Source: a virus (lineage: Duplodnaviria; Caudoviricetes). From it: a stretch of DNA of 62,297 bases. Positions 47,256 to 58,800 of the stretch are shown here, piece by piece (position 1 is the stretch's first letter; each line of letters begins with the position of its first letter). The position numbers and the translations under genes are program-made. The notes below the pieces were generated by a model. It ran no database searches and was not told the DNA's origin. It saw only the letters and a list, made by a program, of their open reading frames with translations. The stretch covers positions 1-62,297 of IMG/VR virus record IMGVR_UViG_3300042893_000318; one strand, written 5' to 3'.

Positions 47256-49291
47256 TTAGCTCCTATAGATTCCCAAGTTACTACCTCATCTGTAATTGCC
47301 TCATGTGCTGCTTTTTGAGTGCCAAGAGCAGCTCTACTTTTAATTCTATATCTACCAGTTGGTCTAAATGCTTCAGAAGAAACTTTAGCTAAAGTTCTGT
47401 ACTTGTAGATGTCATTTTGAGACTCAATATTAACAAAATATTTTGCGTTTGATCCTTCAATCTCATATTGATATTCTACTGCATCGTATTCAAATATCTC
47501 TGAATCAATTAATAGATATCCTGTATAAGATAAAAGGGCTTGAGTGTTATCATAAAAAGATGTGCTGTTTGGTTTTAGTGTTAAATAATAATGATATGCA
47601 GAAGTGTCTTGATGAGACCTATCGTCAATAAGAACACCAAACTCTGATGTAGAATCAATTTTTGTACAAAGTAGAAGTGCTCCTAAGTAAGTAGTTTCAG
47701 ATTTCCATAATGGAGTCGAGTCTCCTAAATAATTGGAAGTTGTAGCTGCGCTCCATAAAACTTTTACTTTATTTGCTGCAGGTAAAGCTTCTTTAGATAG
47801 ATATATAATGTTTGGCTTATAAATTTCTATCCCACCTATTTCTATAGGCTCATTACTAAATGTCCATGAAGTAGATTTATTTTCACTGTAAAAATAATCC
47901 CTTGTGTAGAATTGCAGGATATTATTATCATCCATTACAGCAGTCATTTGTATGTCTCTGCATAATTCTTGAATAGCTTCCCATACAGTCTTTGTGTCTT
48001 CCGTCCACCAATATTTTGGGGTAACTAAACTATCTTCTACATTAATATTATTTGTATTAAACTTATAGTTAGTAAATCCAACATTATCTAAAAGAACTCT
48101 TACGATTGCCGCAACTGAGTAATCTTTTAGCAAGAGATCTGGGCACAGCGTATCCATTAAAAAGCTACAACCGTCTAGTGCATTAATTGTAATTTCTCCG
48201 AACTCGGATATAGACCAGTCTTTCATAAAAAATACTCCTTGCGGAATTTTTACATATTCTTGAGTATCTGAAGAAGCATATGCTTTTAAAAATACATTAA
48301 TTTGGCTGTCTTTATAAAAATATTTTTTATCTGCTTCAAACACCCCGTTGGTTTTATCATACAACGTGTAGGATGGATTTAAATCTCCGTATCCATTTAA
48401 ATTAATAGATAAGGAGTTTGCAGAAACATTTCCAACTGGAAGTAAGTCTCCTGTTGAAGATGATTCTTTTTTGACACTAAATGAAATTAAATCGCTAGAA
48501 ATATCTTTTACCATTTTAGGAGCAATCTCAATAACGCTTATATACTTTCCTGAAACTGCAGTAACTACTAACTTGACATCTGTTAATGTTGCGTATGCTG
48601 AAGTACTTATATCGGCCTCATTAAATGACCAATCGGAACCAGTATAATACATATTTACTTGACCCGCCTGATATTTATCAGTAAATGACTTTATATTGGA
48701 AGAGCCTCCAGATATTAAAGCTGACCCAAAGCTTCCGTTGCCATTTCTTCCAAAGACCTGAAAGGCTGCTGGAGTGCAATGAGATATCTCAAATTTAATA
48801 GTTATTTTATTTACCAGCAAAGTTTTAGGATATTTAATTGCAATATCTACTGCTTCCCCTTTCTTGCCTACCCAATATTTATAGTAAGTGTCTTCTGAAG
48901 GAATGTATGTTCTATAATCATTACTAAACAATACATTTTTAGGATCTTTTAAACTGCCAGAAGCAATATCATCATTAATATAATATTTAATTCCAGCTCC
49001 CAGTGGTCTATTTTGTCTAACAATTGCATCTACTGGAAATAGCTTTTTAAATGGATATCTTTTTCTAGCTACAGAACCAGGGTCTACACCAGGTATATCT
49101 GCAGTATATTCAGCTGAACTATTGGTAATTGCGTCTGTGGCAAAATTAACCATGCTATTTAAATTATATTCTACAGTACATCCAGCATCTACTTTAATTG
49201 AAGATTCTGTTTTAAATAAGTTTTTAATTAGTGTATCATTGCTAGGTAAAGTAATCACTATACTTGCTCCATTGATATTGATGCTGACCAA
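47249..49291 (-). CDS. Minor tail protein (tail-tip hub, N-terminal part)
   Basis: TVWEAIQELC...MDDNNILQF; follows the distal tail gene. Confidence 0.7.
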   Translation of the reverse strand: MVSININGASIVITLPSNDTLIKNLFKTESSIKVDAGCTVEYNLNSMVNFATDAITNSSAEYTADIPGVDPGSVARKRYPFKKLFPVDAIVRQNRPLGAGIKYYINDDIASGSLKDPKNVLFSNDYRTYIPSEDTYYKYWVGKKGEAVDIAIKYPKTLLVNKITIKFEISHCTPAAFQVFGRNGNGSFGSALISGGSSNIKSFTDKYQAGQVNMYYTGSDWSFNEADISTSAYATLTDVKLVVTAVSGKYISVIEIAPKMVKDISSDLISFSVKKESSSTGDLLPVGNVSANSLSINLNGYGDLNPSYTLYDKTNGVFEADKKYFYKDSQINVFLKAYASSDTQEYVKIPQGVFFMKDWSISEFGEITINALDGCSFLMDTLCPDLLLKDYSVAAIVRVLLDNVGFTNYKFNTNNINVEDSLVTPKYWWTEDTKTVWEAIQELCRDIQMTAVMDDNNILQFYTRDYFYSENKSTSWTFSNEPIEIGGIEIYKPNIIYLSKEALPAANKVKVLWSAATTSNYLGDSTPLWKSETTYLGALLLCTKIDSTSEFGVLIDDRSHQDTSAYHYYLTLKPNSTSFYDNTQALLSYTGYLLIDSEIFEYDAVEYQYEIEGSNAKYFVNIESQNDIYKYRTLAKVSSEAFRPTGRYRIKSRAALGTQKAAHEAITDEVVTWESIGANW

Positions 49292-49869
49292 AATTCTTGG
49301 GCTGGGTCTATTGTTTTTCCCTTAACATTTCTTTTAATTACAGAGAATGAGCAAGACGTAAAATTAACTTTATAATATTCTATTCTGTCAACTGTGCTAC
49401 TCTCTGTTATTTTTTCTCTGCCATAAAAAATTTTAATATTAAATGTATTTACTCCAACATTAGAATAGAATCTTTGTAAATCTACCGCTCCCAGACCACC
49501 ATCAACTGTTAAATCTTTAAATGATGGAAGCATGTCCCATGACGTAGAGAAATTCTTTTTATCCGCAATAAAGAATTTACGTAAAGTACCATTGCTCATT
49601 CTTTGAGATTTTTCTATTCTATTATGCTCTAATGATAAAGGTTGTCTATTATGTTCTGATAGTTTAACCCAGTCTATTTCTGAATTAGATTCCCAAAATG
49701 TTGATCCTGATGCTGGAGTTTGTCCAATAGTTGTTAGTGCACCTGTTTTTCTTTTCCAAAGAAGTCCGCTATAATAAACTTTATCTCCTGGACTATATGT
49801 AAGAGCCGCATTATATCTTGGAGTTGTATCAATATATAGGAGGGATCCTACTGGTAAATAAATTGCCAT
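49258..49869 (-). CDS. Distal-tail-like protein with an inserted CBM5/12-like motif
   Basis: Immediately after the tape measure gene; RMSNGTLR motif; YSPGDKVYYSGLLW insert. Confidence 0.65.
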   Translation of the reverse strand: MAIYLPVGSLLYIDTTPRYNAALTYSPGDKVYYSGLLWKRKTGALTTIGQTPASGSTFWESNSEIDWVKLSEHNRQPLSLEHNRIEKSQRMSNGTLRKFFIADKKNFSTSWDMLPSFKDLTVDGGLGAVDLQRFYSNVGVNTFNIKIFYGREKITESSTVDRIEYYKVNFTSCSFSVIKRNVKGKTIDPAQEFWSASISMEQV

Positions 49870-52800
49870 TAGACTCTTCTCCCCATTCCATTCATAGATG
49901 CTCTTTGAACATCTAGTCTCTTAATTTCTGCTAATACTTTACGTGTTGTCATATCTGAATATGTATTTATATCCATGCCTTCCGCCGCATTATTAGTCAT
50001 TGATATGTTATAAACCGCTGGTGCCATTGTAGCATTATTTGCGTTAGGATTAAAGGGGTTCAGGTTAGCTGGAACAACTGCTTCATTCTTATGAATCAGT
50101 GCAAGCATATCGGCGGGAACCATATTAATTCCATCTTTAAATTGAGGAACAGACATGTTGGCAGAATAAGAAGGATTAATATATCCGCCATTTTTCATTA
50201 TAACTCCATCAGGAGGCAAATGTGGCTTACTCTTTCCAAAAGTTCCTTGACCTAGTACTCCAAAAGCTTTTCCAAATTTTGCATATTGCTCTATAAATCT
50301 CTCAAGTGTTGATGGCAGCATATCTTTATATACTGAAAAAGTTTTTCTCAACTCTTCTTGTGGCAATAAATTTATCATACGTTTAATATTTTTTTCAGGA
50401 TCTAGGGTTGTAAGCACTGAGTGCTGTGCGCCACCTTGAAGTGCTCCTCCAGCATGTGCAATTGTGTCTATAATCCATTCTGGACCATTTTTTCCAACTG
50501 TACTGAAAATTTCATTTAAATTCATAGGAACATAAGATTCTATTCTATCTCTTCCACCTCTAACATGTGCTACTCCTGGAACTCTTTCTCCAAGTAGTAG
50601 TGCTCTCGCATGTTTTCTTGTGTGACCAAGTACATTGATAAAATAATCTTCTAATGCGGCATAAGCTTTTTTATTTTGAGACCATAAAGACTTTCTTCCT
50701 CCACGCATATCCCAAACTTTAGACATACTTTTTGGAGTATTCCATATTGTTTGCCATAAGCTTCCACCAGCTTCTGCATTTTTACCTACTGCATATTCTC
50801 TTGCTAGCATCTTATCCACTGTTGTAAATAAGTCAAAGTTGAATATGCTGCCTGTTGATGCTTGTTCTCCAGGCTTTAATCTATTGTATATGTTATCTGG
50901 AAGAGATCCTCCATGAAAAGTTGGCGTATCAAATAGGTCAAGTAAAGATGGGTCAAGGTCTTTCGGTATGTCAGATTTAGATTTCTCCCATATTTTATTT
51001 TTGATTGTAAGCCCTGAATCTAAAATGTTTTTATCAGATAGTTTGCGTATTTGATTTAGTGCTGAAATACTACCAAACGGTGTATACCTATAAATCAAAT
51101 CAGATAATTTTTCTTTTGATCGGTTTTCTTTTATTTTTGTAATAAGATCTTTAAGGTTTCCATATTTATTTTTAATTGGAGAAATTATTTTAGAGGACAA
51201 CGGGCTTACAGCCTTATCTTTAATTATTTTTCCAATAAGTCCAGCTAGTTCTCCAAATGCTTCTCCTGGGTGATGAATTGGCTGAGTAGGCATCCAGTCA
51301 TCAAAGGTGCTGACTGGTCCCCCTGTTCTAGGTACTGGTCTTGGTCTATCTATTATTTCTGATTTAAAACTACGACCAGTTTTGCTAAAATTATATGCAT
51401 TTTTAAATTGTGAAATTGGATCAGTAGGTTTTGGCCAAGGTAGTATCTTTTTTAGCCCTGGAATCTTTCTTGCAACCTTATGTATTGGTTTATATGGCAT
51501 ACCTATTAAGTCTTTAATAAATGACGGAGACATTTTTAAAGCTGTTTTAAGAGATGATCCTAAATTAGAATTTCGAATTTTATTAAGTAAAAAGCCAGTC
51601 TCTTCTTCTAGCACTGTTCCCTTTGGCTTATTCAATGCAAGCCATACAGCATCATTAATATCTCCTGGGGCCTGTCCAGCACTTATTCTGTTCATAATAG
51701 ATCCAGTGGTTCCCGCTTGGTTCATTAATGAACCTAATTCTTCTCCAGCATATCGGTAATCTGGCATGCCTAAACTTACGTCTCTTGACCAATGGTTATC
51801 TTTACCCTGTAATAATTTCCACAATAGATAGTTTTGAGATTTAATATTTGGATTTCTAAAGTCAATATATTTGCCTCGAGGTATACTAGTAACCTTATTC
51901 ATGGTTCCAGCACCATCTCCCCATGTTCCAGGAGTATTGTATCCATGTTCATACAGTTGTGCTTCTGGCCTACTAGAAGTAGAGAAGAATCCCATTCCAT
52001 AATGAGGATCTCTTCCATAGCTTCCGTCTAATACACTTGTACCTGAAAATGGTGGATCCCAATTAGATTTATGAAATGATCCGTGCCATTGATCGTCTTT
52101 AACTAATTTTTTAGCTTTAAAGTAATTAGCATATTGATTAAATAAATTAACTGGCTTGTATAATACAGATTGAACTTTATCAGGTAATTTTGGTATAACG
52201 TATTTTCCAATAAACTTTCCTGTTTTATCAAGACCAGCGCCAAAGCCCATAGAAATTGCAACATTCTGAGCAATGCTTGATGGACCCATTGCATCTAATT
52301 GTTTTTTGGCATCTAATGCAGTAAGAGTTGATCTATTTTTTTGACCCCAAGATTTTGGATACTGTTTAACACCTGTTCCACCCTTTACTCCATACTGAGA
52401 ACCATCTTTTGCTAATCCAACAAGGCCCTCAACTAAACCAGCTACAGAGCCAACTACGCCACCACCACCGCCAGCAGCAGCTAAACCAGATACTCCTCCT
52501 TGAGCAGAATTAAAAGCTACCCTCCATAATGCTCTTCCCCATTTAGAAAAACCAGATGCATTTTCGTTTGCACCCCATTTAAGGCTTAAAGCTTTTTCTG
52601 CTTCTTCTCCCAATTGCCAAGCGCCTGCGGCTACGGCTGCCCTACCAGTGGTTCTTTTTTTAAATAAGTTTTTTAATGAGGCAAACCCTCCCCATTTGTA
52701 ATGGGGAATTCCAACTTGTCCACCATTTGCAAATCCAGAGTTGTACTGCTCAAGAAAATCCTTCATCTTAACTTGATCTAGTCCCTTTGCCCCATATTTC

Positions 52801-55800
52801 ATTAAATCTCTAAACATTATTGAAGCTGCGCTTAATTGATCAATGTTGAGTGGCTTAAAGTCTCCACCTGCAGATTTTAAAAGAGCAGTGTTATACATAG
52901 CTGATTCCTGTGCAAATATTTTAGCAGCATTTTTGGGATTATATGTAGGGCCATACATGGAGTTTACTGAAGAATCAGTTCTATCAAAAACTGGAAACCC
53001 TAATCTTTTAAGAGTAGAAATTCCTTTTTCTGCATCATCAGATCTATCAGTAGAAAACGTAAGACGTGGTAATCCATTCTTAAAAGTGCCGCTAGCGTTG
53101 TAAGCTTCCATTATTGTAGCTGGATACATTCCAAATGGTGTTCTTGGATCAAGAGAATATGCTTGATTTACTAAGCTATATGGGCCTTGTGCTCTAGTAT
53201 ATTCATGCTGAAGATCTACCGCCCCTTTAACGGCTCTTTCCCCGTCTTTACCTTTTGGAATATAATAGATACCACTTCTTGAAGGTGTTTCTGATGCATC
53301 AATTGTTCTTTTTACTACAACATCAGAATTAAAAAGATCTGTAATGCTTCTTTCTAATGGACTATTTGTTGTAGTCTTTGCAGTAGTTGCAAATCTTGGG
53401 ACAACTATTGGTGCTTTTGGTTTTGTAAATTTAGATACAATATTTTTAATAAGACTTTTTATTGGATTAATAACGAAGCCGCCGCGATCAAATTTAAGTA
53501 TGTTGCTAGCGTATCCACCATTTGCAAATTTTCCAGAATTTAGTGCATCGAATGTTTCTGTTCCATACTTCTTTACAGAGTCTGCTTTAATTACATACTC
53601 ACCATTTGAAAGCATAGCTGGAATAGAATCAGATGTGGCAGTTCCTGGACCACTTACATTTCCGCCTGGTCTATAGTGTTTAACTGGTCCACCCATAGCA
53701 AGCTTTGCAAATGACGGGCTTACTGTTCCAAATAAATACTTAGTGTCTCTTCCAAATAATCCTCCTGGGGAATATATATTTTCGGCAACAGTTCCTTGAC
53801 CCCACTGTCCTATTACCTTAATAGATTTTTTATCTATACCAGAAACTATGGACGCATGAGTTGGAACCCCATCTTGTTTCCCAGATTCGTCAGGAAAATC
53901 AAACCAGGCTAGATCTCCAATTTTAATATTTTTTAAATTATCTTTATTGCTTAGGTCATTAAAAACACCCTTTTTCTTATAATCTCTTGTTGCTTGAAAA
54001 GCGCTAAACATTTTATCTGATATGTCAACGCCAGAATTTTCTGCTACCCACGCAATAAATGCTCCACACCAATATAATAAATCTGAGCCTAGCTTGTAAT
54101 TTTTATTTGCCCACACGCTAAATTTATTAACAGACTGACTTTCTATACCCTTTCGGTTAGCGGTACTATGTACTAAATAATTATGCCCTGATCCGACTTG
54201 ACTTCTTGCAATATCAAGAAATCTTTGTAGGGATCCCATCGGAGATTTAATTTTGTCTATGCCGTATTCTTTAACTGGTGGAGTATAGAATCTTTCACCA
54301 TAGTTACTGTAAAAAGCTTTTGTAAATTCTTCTTCAGTTTTATAGTCTTTTCTTTCAATTTCTTTTGGCATTTGCCAAACAGAACCAGCTGGTTTTACTG
54401 GAAGGAATTTTCCACTACCAACTGAAATTTTTGATGGGTAATTCCCTGTTAAGCCTCCGTCTGCAAATTTACCAGCGTTTAATGCGTCAAACGTTCCTGT
54501 TCCATATTTCTTTACAGAGTCCGCCTTGATTACATATTCTCCATTTGAAAGCATGGCGGGAATAGAATCAGATGTTCCAGTTCCTGGTCCTCTTACATTT
54601 CCGCCTGGCTCGTAATGTTTGATTGGCCCACCTGTTGCAAGCTTCTTTAAGGTAAATCCAGTACTTACATTAAAGCTAACAATTTGATATTTTTGATTGT
54701 CAGACTCAATTATTTTACCTATGTATGTAGTTTTACCTTCATCAGGAGCAATGCCGTATCTACTTAATGTTGTAGGACTAATAAATTTTTTATTGCCATC
54801 TGTAATTAAATCTTTTGCAGCAATTTGAGTTGGCTTGCCGCTAACGGCTGCAAGTATCTTTGTTAGGATACCGCTATTGGCGAGAGCATTTTTATCTGCT
54901 GTTGTTAAAGATTTTCCATCCTCGCCAAGAACTTGATTTAGTATACTATCTATTCCAGTTTTTACATTTGGTGTACCTAAATTAGGGAAGCCGAACTTGG
55001 TCATAAGATCTGACATTTGTTTTTCTGCTGGAGTTGGGGCAACTACTCCTATTTTTAGACCAGGCACTAGTTTATCTGCTCTGGCTTGCAAAGCATTTGC
55101 ACCATCAATTTCTGCTTGGGTATCTATATTTCCAGATTTATTAATAAAAGCAACTGTATCAAGCATTAATTGTTTTAATGCTTCAAGTTTTGTGGTGGCA
55201 TCCTTTACTCCATCCAATTGCTTTTGAAGAATTTTTGAAGAATTCTCTAATTTTTCTTGAAGCTTATCAATTTTTGCTTGCTGATCTGCCGTGTCTGCTT
55301 TTTCTTTATCATCTATTGCTCTTATTGCTAAAGTTTTTTGCTGACTTCTTTGAAGCATTTGAAGATCTAGTTGAGTTTGTGCAGCAGTTGCAGAATCTCC
55401 CATAGCTAAAGCATCTTGATACTCTAATTGCTTTTTCTTTATTTGAGTAAGAATATCTTCATCTTCTGATTGTCTAGACAAAGACTTTCTTCTGGCATCC
55501 GCTTCTTCTTTAATCTTATCAATATTTTTTTGATGTAACTTAATTTCTGCGTTAATAGCATCTCTAGACTTTTCAGCATTTTTTTGAATTGCATCTGAAT
55601 TACTTGTATTTGATTTTTCTGCTTTTTGTATTGCATTATATAGTTTATCTAGATCTGTTCCAGAACTACCACCACTTAATAAAGCTGATAAATTTATTTG
55701 AGCTGTTGCTAAAGCAATTGCCATATCATTTGTCATTGACTTTAACTCTACTTTAGCACCAGTTAGGTATATCTTCCATTTTGCCAAGGCCGCAGCGGTA

Positions 55801-58800
55801 TTTTCAGATCCATTTAAAACATTCTCTAATTCTGGAGCCAACTTCAATAATGCATAATATTGAGCAACTGTTAACGATTCTGAACTTCCTTGAGCAGCAT
55901 TAACTTTTTCCATTGTAATAGCCCAGGCTTTAGATGCATCAACAATTTTACCAGTTTCATCTTCAGTTCCAATTAAAGATTTTTCCATCTCTTGAACGCC
56001 GCTAATTAAACTATAAAAAGAATCTCCAATTTGATCTACGTTTCCTTCTTTTAATAAACCATTAAAGGTTTCAACACTAGAAATAGCTGCAGTGCTTTTA
56101 TCAATTATTAAACCAAATCCTTTGTCTGCTAAAACAGTAAGCGCTGATGAAGCTTTATCAGAACTTAAAATTAACGCATATATGGTATTGCTTGCCTTTT
56201 CAGCACTCATTCCGCCTGAAATAAATTGTGATTTTAATTGAGATGCTTTTTGAACTACTTCATCTGCGCCAGCTTTGTTAAATACTTCAATAAAATCTGG
56301 AAGATCTTTTTGAACAGTTTCTTTAAGTTCTTTAAGCTCTTTAATTGTTAAGTTTAGTCCATTCACCATTGTTGATGAAGCATAAAATGAAGCTGCAGCA
56401 GCTGCGGCTAAATCTGATTGAGTTTTAAAATCTTTTAACTGTTCATTTAATGATTTATAATTAATTCCCAGCTTAGAAGCACTTTCAGCGGTTTGTCCAA
56501 ATGCTAAATTAATTACTCTTCTATGCTCATTAACTTTATCATTTACAGATTTTATTATTGCTGCTCCTGCTACGAGTGCTGCAGTCCAACCAAAAACTGG
56601 TTTAGCTTTTAAAAATGATAATGCCTTTTGAGTTAATGAAACTTTTTTAGTTACTTCTCCTGCTGCTTTTCCAATGTTTAAAATTTTATTAGCTAGTACA
56701 TTTCCTAGAAGATCTCCGCCCATACTTCCAAGCAATCCACCCATCATTGATCCGCCAGTTAATTTTGAACCTAATCCATATCCAGCCATTCCTGGAATCA
56801 TTCTCATTAGCATGGCCATTACTTCGCCACCCTGAGCAAAGTTCTGAACTTGTCCCCCATTATTAAATCCTGGAATTATTTTTCCGCTATTTTGCGGAAC
56901 AAAAAGTTCTGGTCCATTTTCTCCTACAACATATGGGAAAGCTCCAGATACTGGACCACCCATTTTTCTTTGTGGAATGTTAAGATCTCGTGCAAGCATG
57001 CCAATATTATCATCAAATTGCTGATCTCCAAAATGAGCCCATACGGTTCTATCTTTTCCTTTTCCGCTTCCTGAACCATAACTGCTAGGTCTTGCTCCTG
57101 GAACATTTATTCCAGTAGGGCTTGGGCCATGTGCTGAACTTGAGCTTTGTGTGTCTCTTCTTCCTGGAGACATTCTATCTTTTTGATAAGCTAGACTTAT
57201 TCCTGGATACTTAGACTCTAGTGCTCTTATCTTAGAAGTAATTACAGAAAATGCAATTCTTCCCAACTCAGGATCGCCATACAGTTGATCTGGAGAAATT
57301 CGTGATTGTATTTGTTTAGATATTTCTGATTGAACATAACTTATATCGGAAGGATCAACTTTTTTAAATGACAGGAATCTTTCAACATCTATTAAATTTT
57401 TGCTGTTTGCAATATGTGGTATTAATTCTGAGCCAGTAGCTCTGCCATATTTTAATCTCCTGTTTATTGAATTGGGCAGAATCATTCCCCAGTTGCCTAG
57501 TAATTTTGCAGGCTTTGAACTTCCTGATTTTACGCCGAACATTCTTAAAATTGCATTTACAACAGTTGAAGACATAAAGCCTCCAAGATTATTATTGTAT
57601 CCACCAATTCCACGACCACCATTAATTGCTTGCAAAAGTGGAAGGTTTGCTTGTGTTGCTGCTTTATTTACAACAAACTCTCCTGGGGTAAGCATTGCTG
57701 GAACAACATCTTTATTTACATTTGGGCCTGGAACTACTGATCTAGAACCATCATTATAATAAATTGGTCCGCCTTGATTACGATAAATTGGTCCGCCTTG
57801 ATTACGTCTTATTGTCGTTTCTGTACTAAAGCCACCACCCGAAGTTCTGATTCCACCTAATGCTCTAGCAACATTATCTACTAATGTCGCAGTAGGAGTT
57901 TTGTGGAACATCTCTTTCATATTTGACTTGCCAGTTTTTGGATCAACTACTGGCTGATTTGTAAATGGAACCATTGTTAGATTTGCAGTTCTACCTTGTG
58001 TAATTGCAATTTGTGTAGTTGTTTCTGCAATCATCGCTTCTACTCTAGCATTTAATGCTACAATTTTTGCTCTAGCTTGTTCTACTGTAATTGCTCCAGC
58101 TTGTGTTTGTGCAACAATTGCCGCACCTTCTTGAGCTGCCAATTTTGTTAGTCTTGTTATTTCTGGAAGAAGTGCTTGATATGAACCAGAAAGTTCATGG
58201 GTTACAGTACCAGTTGCAGCAACTTCTTTCTTTAATAGCGCAATTTCTGCTTCTGATTGCATTGCTATAGCACCAGTCATTGCATGCCATTTAGCTGCTT
58301 CTTCTGGAATTACTCCTGTTGATACTCCGCCAATTGTAGTAAGTCCAGGAATGGCTGGCAATCCATGATCGGCATACATCTGAGGATTTCTTCCAATTTT
58401 TCTATTAACTGGAATTGGTCCTGGAACCATGCCAAATATTGTTTGTGCTGCTCTTTCTGCCTCTGTCATACTTCCAACAGGATTCATATGGGCACTTGCT
58501 CTTGTTCCCATTCTGCCTACAAGAGGATTACTTGGATCTACAGATACACCTCTATATATGCCTCCTGGAGTTCCCGCTAGCGCAACAGTTCCTGCTATAG
58601 TAGCAATTGTTGGTTGAACCGATATGGCTCCAGAAGCAGCTTTTTGTTGTAGTATAGTAAATTCTGTAATTAAGTTTTTAAGAGAAGCACTTAGAATGTC
58701 TGCTGCTGCGGCATCGCTATAGAATGTTTTCTCTACTAAACTTCCAGCCTTACTTGCAGCCAATATTTCTGGAGTTAATAATCTAAAGCCTTCTCCGCCT

